In this document: positions 25,675 through 34,606 of the stretch, one piece after another | Layout of the letters: every line of letters starts with the position of its first letter | Numbering within the stretch: position 1 is the stretch's first letter | From: Setoptus koraiensis | Taxonomy: Eukaryota > Animalia > Arthropoda | Assembly: GCA_048013815.1 (NCBI GenBank) | Contig: CM106585.1 | Span: 3,410,001-3,474,000, forward strand | Direction of reading: 5' to 3' | DNA length: 64,000 bases | Notes under the pieces: model-generated | The model's database searches: none | Seen by the model: the letters and a program-made list of their open reading frames with translations, nothing else | Told to the model about the DNA's origin: nothing | Position numbers and translations under genes: made by a program

Positions 25675-27308
25675 CCCTCACGAGGGTCGCTGTCGCGAGT
25701 GTCGAGCGCCGTCAAGTCGCCGGTCTCAAGTCGAGACTCTCGACGGAGTGTCGTGGCGAGCACATGTGAACACTGTTGTCGCAAAGCCGCACTTAGGGCG
25801 ACCGCCAAATTTAATAATAATCATCATCATTTATGACACAAACACAAATCACGGCCAACAGCAACTTGACACTGTCATGCGACCACCGCTCAACAGGGCC
25901 TCCACACAAGGTGAGTTCGGCACAAGCTGAGATCGGCACAAGGTGAGTTCGGCACTAGGTGAGATCGACACTGGGTGAGATCGGGAGCGCGACATGGCGG
26001 CCGTGTTTGTTGTCGCCCGTGCGTTTGTGTGTTGCGTTTGTGCGTTGCGGCCGTCGCTGCGGCCGGCCGGCCGCAGCCAGGCGCAAGTGCCACAAGTGGG
26101 CGTGCAGTTCACACTCGAGCTCGGACGCGCAGCGCGATGGCGAAACTCGAATGCGAAACTCGAATTTGAATTCGAAACTTGAATTCGAAGCGCGAATGGG
26201 AATGCGAATGCGAATGCGAAGCGCGATGGCGAACGCGAAACTCTGATTCGAAACGCCACTGCGAAACTCGAAGCGAGCCTCGAATATAGCAGTCGATGCA
26301 GTATCATTCGCAGCGCGAATATGAGCACATGACGAAACTCGACGAAACACGAAGCATGGGAATTGCAAGGGCCGCTCATTTTCTCCCACAAGCCAATGCC
26401 AACTTGCTGCCCCTATCCGTGGCTGTGTCCGAGCCGACAAATAGAGTCGCAGACACCGTGCGCTCACTCCACTCTGTGATTCATTCTCTGGCGAGCTGCA
26501 CATTCAAACAAGCCCCGGCGAGTCTGTCCGACGCTCACTGTCCGACGCTCACTGTCCGACGCTCACTGTCTGATACGGTGATACCACAATGGTATGACAT
26601 GTCTGTCGGATCAGTTGAACTGGTCGAATCCACTGAGTTGGTCGGATCTGCTGAATGGCGCGGCGGCCAGTGGGACCCGCGCCGCGATCGTGCCAAGCAG
26701 CGGCACACAACATGCTAATTAAGGCGAGCGAACTGCATTGGCGGCGACAGGATCCGGCCGGAGCGCGCTCCTACGAGCAGAGTCAGCTGACAGTTATCCC
26801 ACAAGAGCGAGTGTGAGACAAGTTGGCGCTTTGCTCATCGGCCGCTCCCACCTCTGGCAGTGCGATTTCCGAATGTGCAATTTCTGGCAGTGCGCCCGGC
26901 GAGGGACACCCGAGAGGGAACCAACGAGTGGCCGCACGAGGGGTCTTGTCAGCGTGCTCGCTCGAGCGCATTTAATCACGTTCGATCGCATTCGATTGTG
27001 AGCACATTCATTTGGACTGGGCACATTCAGTGGGATCGATCACATTGGGTCGAATTGAGCGCTTGAGATCGAGCAAGTTTGCGTGCAGAGCTGCCCAAAT
27101 CGACCAACAACGACCCACAACAACCCAACAACAACCCGCAACAACCCACATTAACCCACAACAACTCACAATGAGCACGTCTCAGATCGCTCCATCATAA
27201 TAATCATAATTCCGTCGGTTCGCACGCGCACATTGTTGCACGAGCAGCGAGTTGTTGCGGCTTGTTGTTCATTCGGCTATTTGTGGCCAGTCGAGATGAG
27301 TGGCCACA

Positions 27309-27395
27309 AGATCAGTGAATTCAGCCGAGATCAGTGGATTGAGCCGAGATCAGTGGATTGAGCCGAGATCAGCGGATTGGGCCGAGATCAGCGGA
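27309..27395. repeat. 19-bp tandem repeat x~4.5 (GCCGAGATCAGTGGATTGA)
   Basis: Read directly. Confidence 0.9.
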
Positions 27396-29870
27396 GGCGC
27401 AGCACATCATGAGCAGCGAGTGATACTAGTAATTGGGCGGCGCACACACTTTGATGCCGGCCGCTTGCATGATCACTGACCAGTGGTCAGCTTGCCCACA
27501 AGCAGTGTCCGCGGCGGTGTCCGTGGCGGCGTGCGTGGCGGCGCGGCTTGTGCTCGGCTCACAAGCTGGTGTGAGAGATACATGAGAGAGCGTGGACAGT
27601 GGCGAGTTATTTACTTTCTCCGCCGGCTCGACAAGTGGAGCGCGACACAACACGCTTATTTGCGGCCGGTATCTATCAATTGCTATAATTCAATTGCAAA
27701 CAATTGATCCTTTCGCCGCACTTCTCTAGCCGGACTGGGCCGAACCGGGCCGAACTTGTTTGGCCGAACTTGCTTCTCGGGCCGGCCGGCCGATGATTGG
27801 CACTGCGATCATTTGTTGTTGAGAGTTGAGTGAGTCGCGGATGCAACTCAAAACAGCCGGCCGCTGTCGGTTGCCGGTCGGCGGTTGGCGGCTCGCAGTT
27901 GGCAGTTCGCAGTTCGCAGAGAATTTCTCTCTGAGAGAAGAACGTGATTGTGTTCAGTGGAGCACATTCTCACAATCATCTCTCAATTGTGTGATTGTTT
28001 GATTGGAGTGACCTGTGCAGTGAGAGCTCTCACAGCGCTCACACGGGGCATAATTGAATTATGTCGCCAGCGCCAGCGGTGCTTTGATGTCGCTCTCAAT
28101 GGACGCTCACCGGCCGCTCAGCGACATGTCAGAGGCCCGACAAAGTGCACAACACGACAGTCTATAATGACACGACCGACGATAATATTGTGCGAGAGAT
28201 GGCACATAATCGATAACAAGCGACCAACAACAACAACGACAGCGGCAACAACGACAACAACAAGTTGTTACTCTTGTTCACACACGCAACGCGCACAATG
28301 AGATGACTATCTGTGACTCGATTGATTGCTCGCCGATGGTCGCCCGCTCTCGCCAACGGTCGGCCAACGTTCGGCCAATGGTTGGCCAATGGTCAGCAAA
28401 TGGTTGCCGCCTTGATCGCACGAGCAATATAATTTTATTGGACAGTCGCACTTGTTCGTTACATTTGGCACCTAGCGGCCGCTTTTGTTTGCGAGCGCAC
28501 AATAACTGATACGTGTGTAAATGCATCGCGTGCGACATGATCGCTGCGTGCGCGATTGAGCGAGTGACGGGCCGGTTATTCGTGCACAATCGCATTTACG
28601 GCCCAAATGGGCTCGGCAGGGCGGCGTGCACAAATCACGGCAGAGATGCGACCAAAATGCGCCTTTTCACGTGCTCGCCACTCGATTGACGGGCTTATCT
28701 CGGCCGGTCTCATGCGAGTGGTCACTCAACTGTCAAGTGCGGCCGCAGAGCCACAACGAGCGCGGCCAGCGACGCGGCCGCAACCTTGAGCCGGGCGTCG
28801 GGCTCACAGGGCCTGTGAGTGTTGAGCCGAGCATCGGCTGACAAGGCCTGTGAGCATTGGGCTGAGCATTGATCGGGACCCGGCGCGCATCGCACACAAA
28901 TCAGAGCTCGCAGGCACTCGAATGATTCGAGTCGAACGACAGAGCGACAACCGGACAGCGACGGGCCGTTTGACGGGCAACAGGCGCACGAGAGCTGCTC
29001 GGCGAACCGGCGGCCATCGCGCCGCGTCCAGGCGAGCGCAATCGAACGCGCAACGAAAGCGGCGAGCGAAACAGGACGAAACCGAGGCAGACATAGGGCG
29101 AAACCGAGGCAGACATAGGGCGAAAATGAGGCAGACGTAGGGCGAAAACGGGGAGGCAAAAATGTAAATTGTGCAAATCAAATATTGATCTAGATAAGCA
29201 GCCCGCTCTCGGCTTGTCGGCCGCTCGACTTGTCAGCCTGTCGGGCCGGCTCGTCAGGTAGCCGCGCCGGCATGCCGGCGACCGCGTCGATGCCAACTGG
29301 GCCGATTGTGTGCGCTGCCGGCGCTCAAGAATCGATCATCTGAATAAACACTTGTGGATCCGCGGCCGATTGTGTTGACTGATAAAAGTCGACAGTCGGT
29401 TTATTTCGGGCCGGACAGACGCAGCCGAGAGGCGCAGCAGCCGACGGCAGAGGGCACCGAAAGGTAAAAAAGTCAACTGATCGCAATCTGTCCAAGTGCC
29501 TCCGACGAGAGCGCCCGAAATGATAAATAATCGATTGTGTGCCTTTGGCCGATGTTTGTCTTGCGTTCGCCTATTGACTCGCCTGCCGACTGGCAACATT
29601 GGTCGTCGAGCGTCGATGCCGCTGCGACCGCAACGCGCCACTTGCGGCCGCCGGTGCCCGTCGCGCCCGTCGCGTCCGTTGCGCCCGTCGCGCCAGCCCG
29701 AGTTGCCGCGCGGAGCGCCAAGCAGATAATGATCGCAGATTCTGGTGCGTGTTTGCTCGGCTGAACAAACAAAGCCAGCTCGTGCCGTCACACGGCGCCG
29801 ATCACGGACAGGTCACTGCAGTATCGCACCGTCTGCGATATTACCGTTCCTGCGCAGCCAGTCGGCAGCC

Positions 29871-29917
29871 GAGGCAAGAGGCAGCCGAGGCAAGAGGCAG
29901 CCGAGGCAAGAGGCAGC
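29871..29917. repeat. 16-bp tandem repeat x3 (GAGGCAAGAGGCAGCC)
   Basis: Read directly. Confidence 0.9.
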
Positions 29918-32900
29918 AGGGACAGGCCCCCGACTGGCCCGGCGACGGCCGTAATTGAATCGCGGTCATTATGCGATGTTCGTGCCAGCTACGTGTGCAT
30001 ACGTATCATGATCCCGACTGTCGCCGCGCGCTCCGCATGGGACCCGCGGCCGCGCACCTGAGCGCGTTTGTGGGCACTGCGCGCTGTGTGTGGCGCTGGG
30101 GGTCTTGCGATCGTCACAATGCCATGGATTAGGCAGCTATCAATAACGGACAAGCGCGACAACCACAACAATGACAACCGAAATCCAATTAAGCACCCAA
30201 CCGCTGCGTGGCTGGTGGTCAGCGGGCCGCATTGTCCGCCGTGGCTCTTTGTCCGGCGTCGCTCAGCTTGCCCGCGTGCGTCGATCGGCCGATCGGTTCC
30301 ATCGGTTCCGAGGCTCGCAGCGGCTCGCAGTCTGTGAGTCACAGAGGCTCGCAGAGGCTCGCTGAGTCCGGCGTGTCCGTCGGCTGGCAGGCAAACACAC
30401 ACTGAGTTGTTTGTTTGCCTGCGAACAATCATCACCGTCAGCGAATGCCACAGACAGAATGGAGAGTGTCGGCCGGCGCACAGTTAGCGGCCGCCGGTGC
30501 CCGCTGCTCGCCCGGCGGCTCGAAACGGGCGCATGAATTGATTTTTTTCTGGTTGTTGTCGTCTGTTGTTAAGATGAAACTATTTTTATTATTTTATTAC
30601 TCAAACATGACCACACATTCTCCGCTGCACAATTGGCCGCTTTCCGTTGCTGGCCAGCGCCAACAACAGCGCCAACAACGACAACAGCGCCAACAGCGAC
30701 CACGACAACAGCAACAACGTTTATCCATTTAGCCGGGCATTGTTTTGGTCAGTGTGGCAACGTCATTGTGCGGCCAGTGGCGGCCGAACCGGTGGCGCTG
30801 GCTGTGGCGTCAATTGTGCGCGTTCCAGCAATGCAATTATATACAAAAAGTATATACTAAAGTACAGCAAGCAAGCAACAATTGTTGTGAGTCTGCAATT
30901 GTGTGTGTGGCATGTACATGCTAAATAGAATCGAACAACAATCAATAGCCGGGCCAGGGATAAATTCAATTCAATTAATAAACAATCAATTGATTGCTCG
31001 GCACGATGACTTCTGCCTCGGTGGTCCGATCCGCCAACTTGACACGAACGCTGCAGCACCAACGCCACCAATATCAACACAATGCCAGTGCCAGTGCCAG
31101 CACAATTGCAATCGAGAAACAATCGTACGGATGACTTTCCAATTTAATCTTTCGTCATTTCGTCAGTAAGTCATCTTTTCGACAGCACTGACAATTTGTA
31201 CGATTCTCGCTTTGTTTGTAAGCACTTGCAGCAGCAGCAGCCACTGCAGCAGCTTGCTTAAATATAAATAAATTCCATTGTATATGCAAATGGCTCTTGT
31301 CACTGCCAACGCGGGGGTCAATGCGAACAGATTGTTTACCTTCACCTGGTCGGCTGCTGGCCAACAACAATCGGTGTTGACAAGTGAACAAACAAACAAG
31401 CAAGCAGCACTGGACATTCCTTGGCGCTGTCCATTGCTCACCATTATTATCATCATTATCATTACCATTTGTGCGAGTGTTTGCTCTTGAGACTTGAGCC
31501 AGTCGTAGTGTTAGTATTGGCGAATCATCATCAACAACAACAAATGATTCCATGTTCCTCCTATCGTCTATTAGTGCGACCGAATATGCATGCCAGCAAA
31601 TCAAACAAGCTGCTCGTCTGCCGGTTAAGAGGCTAACAAGCTAACAGCGAACAGGCCAGACGATATCGCAGCCAGCAAACCGTCAACAGTAGGCACAAGT
31701 GCGTGTGTAAGTCAACAAGTGCGAGCACAAATATAACAATCATTTGTTGATTTGTCCGGCGCTCTTGTCTGACTTTCTTGGCTGGCTGGCTGGCGGGCTG
31801 CTTGTCGGGCCGCTCGTCGGGCCGGCTGGCTTAGTCACCGATTGCCATTTCTACCAAATAGCCACCACTCGTTGCTTGTTGTAACGCAGCCACATTACAT
31901 GCCAGTGCATGGCTGGCAAACGTAGAGATGAGCACCGATAGTGATTCATTGGAACATCATCATCTTTTCATAGTGGCATACGATACGCAATCATGCCAAT
32001 GGCACGGCAATAATTCAAGTTCGCCATCGAGCCGCTGCGTAAAGATGATATTGGAATATTATGTTATAATAACGACCATTGTAATAGTAGTCGGACCATT
32101 ACAATGGTTATTACAATAATAATGATTGCCATTCGCAAATCGCAACTCGCAACTCGCTCTGCGCCAGCAATCATGGTAATATTAGTGGTCGAAATGTCTT
32201 CGTCTGCTCCTTACAAAGTCACTGCTGCTGCTGCCGATGATGATGATGGTTGCCGAAAACGCAACCCGCCGAGTCGCTAGCAACCGACTGAGAGATGTTT
32301 GCGGTTGCTGATAATGACCAATAATGAGAGACACAAACAGACAGGGGATGCTGCTCACTTGCAACGCTTATTTTCAAACTTCACATTACGCAATCATGCA
32401 GCAATCACCGGCATCGAGCAACAGGTGGAATAAATTGAATTGATAATGATAACAATTGTGGAGGCGGATGTGAGTGTGTGATCGATGGCGCAACAGTAGT
32501 GATATCCTGCTTTTATCCAATTACTGTTGCAACTATTATTGTAGTTATTGTTGTTTTTGTTGTTGTTGTTGTTGTTGCGGTTGTTGTTGTTGACTTTGGC
32601 CACTGTCTTACTGGCAATTGTTGATTTTATCGCCCATTACTGCGCTCCCCGACGGCACAGCCCAAACACTGTTTGGAACGACTACCCAACGATACCCTTA
32701 CAGTCCCGCAACCGTGCCCATGCGATACCTGGACCTGGGCCTCGGATTAGCCGGATGTTCCACAATGTTTAGGCTAATACGTGGTCATATAGGAATACAT
32801 GCACCTATTGATCAGGTAGATATTTTATGGTCATGTACAGGTGTATTCATGTGTGAATATGTGTTTGGAAAATGTCAGAATGTGTCACTGGGTGCGATTC

Positions 32901-33311
32901 CAATGCCATAGCTTCACAATCAAGCGCTGGTGAAAGCGCTGCCAAACTTTGGCAGCCAAGTCACTATGGCAAAGTGTGAGTTGGCGCAAGGGAATGGAGC
33001 TGCGCCGAGCAGCGTTCGAATATTGCGGACAGCGCCGATCTTCGAACATTGTGAACATTGGTCCATGTTCGAATGTGGCCAGTGCGCATGCGCGCCACAA
33101 CAAGCAAAACAGGAATGGCTGGCAATGGTGCGTGTGTGTGTGTGTGTGAGTGTGTGTGAACTGAATTGGATGGTGCTTGCAAGTGGCAACGAACAAAAAC
33201 ATTTATTTGTTGTTTACGCTTCAAACGAGCAGCATCGCCAAACGCGCACAGACACACACTCTCAAGAAATCGAACATTTGGTCGTCTTGTGTTCTACACA
33301 ATCGAATCATC

Positions 33312-33365
33312 ATCAGTGAAAATCGAATCATCAGTGAAAATCGAATTATCAGTTAAAATCGAATT
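33312..33365 (+). repeat. 18-bp tandem repeat x3 (ATCAGTKAAAATCGAATY), each with an Inr-like TCAGT; candidate TSS of copy 1
   Basis: The repeat is certain; the initiator role is inferred from its position ~260 bp upstream of the ATG, followed by A-rich UTR-like sequence. Confidence 0.6.
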
Positions 33366-33626
33366 TGAACTGGCCAGTTTCTCGAACAGTTTATTTCGTC
33401 CAATTTAATTAATTATAATTATTATATAACTTAGAAGCGCAGAAGAATCGACCATCAATTATCGCAAGCACGGCCAAAGTGAACAACGAAACGATTCACG
33501 ATTTATGAAAAGCGAAAATTTGCATTTGAAAACAGTGACAAAATGTCCGAATGCAGACCAACCGACAGCACACTAATTACACATAATAAGCGATAGAACA
33601 AGAGAAGAAGGCAAACAGCAAAAGAA

Positions 33627-34606
33627 ATGAAAATAATGTTCATCTATTACTATCATCGTGTCAAAATGCCAACCAAAATGAAACAGATCACGCCGACGGG
33701 GCAACTGACGATGTTGTTGCTCACGTTGCTGCTGCAGCAAGCATGCACAGTCGCCACGAATACAAACAAAGTGATAATAATTAATTATGTAAATACCACA
33801 ACCACAAGCACCACCGCCAACACAATAGCCACAACAATGGCCGACAGCAACAGCCCGCCAACAAGTGAATTATTATCGACGACCAATGACACAAACGAGT
33901 CGCCGTCGTCGCTGCCTCATGTAAATGTAAAGCCCCTTCAAAAGATCAATGTGCTAGAATTGGATCAACAATTGACGCCAGCCGTGATAGAGAAATATTT
34001 CTCTCAATCAATAGAATTGTTTGATGTGAGCGGAAACAGATTCACCTCGTTGCCTAAAGACTTGTTTTGTCCGCTGTCGAACGAGGTGAAATTACTCAAT
34101 TTGTCGCACAATTCTCTAAGTGCGTTCGACTTTTTGGGTCTGATATCGCAATCTGGTCAATTATGTTTGAGCGAATTACAAACACTAGATATGAGCTTTA
34201 ATGAGTTAACAAAATTGCCAGCCACCGGTGTTGCCACATTGCACAATCTACAATCACTGCGCCTGGATCACAACAGAATAGACGCCATCGACGAGCTAGC
34301 GTTGTCGTCGCTGACTAAATTGACTCATTTGGACCTGAGCCACAATAGATTGCATCAATTGCCATTGCGTGTCTTCCAAAAATTAGAATTAATGATCTAT
34401 TTAAAATTGGATCATAATCAATTAGTGCAATCAATGACATCCACCCTACTGACGGGAATGCCAGCATTGCAAATGATCAATTTAAGTCATAACAGTATAA
34501 GCGACATCAGCGAGCAAACATTTGTCGATAAAATCAATCTCACACTGGTTGATCTCTCACACAATCAATTGGCAACGTTGAAGAGGGATTCGTTGCGGAT
34601 AACAAG
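33627..34606 (+). CDS. Toll copy 1 coding exon 1 (signal peptide, first LRR block)
   Basis: ORF 33627..34610 with LxxLxLxxN repeats; ends at donor AG|GTAAGA (GT at 34607). Confidence 0.9.
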
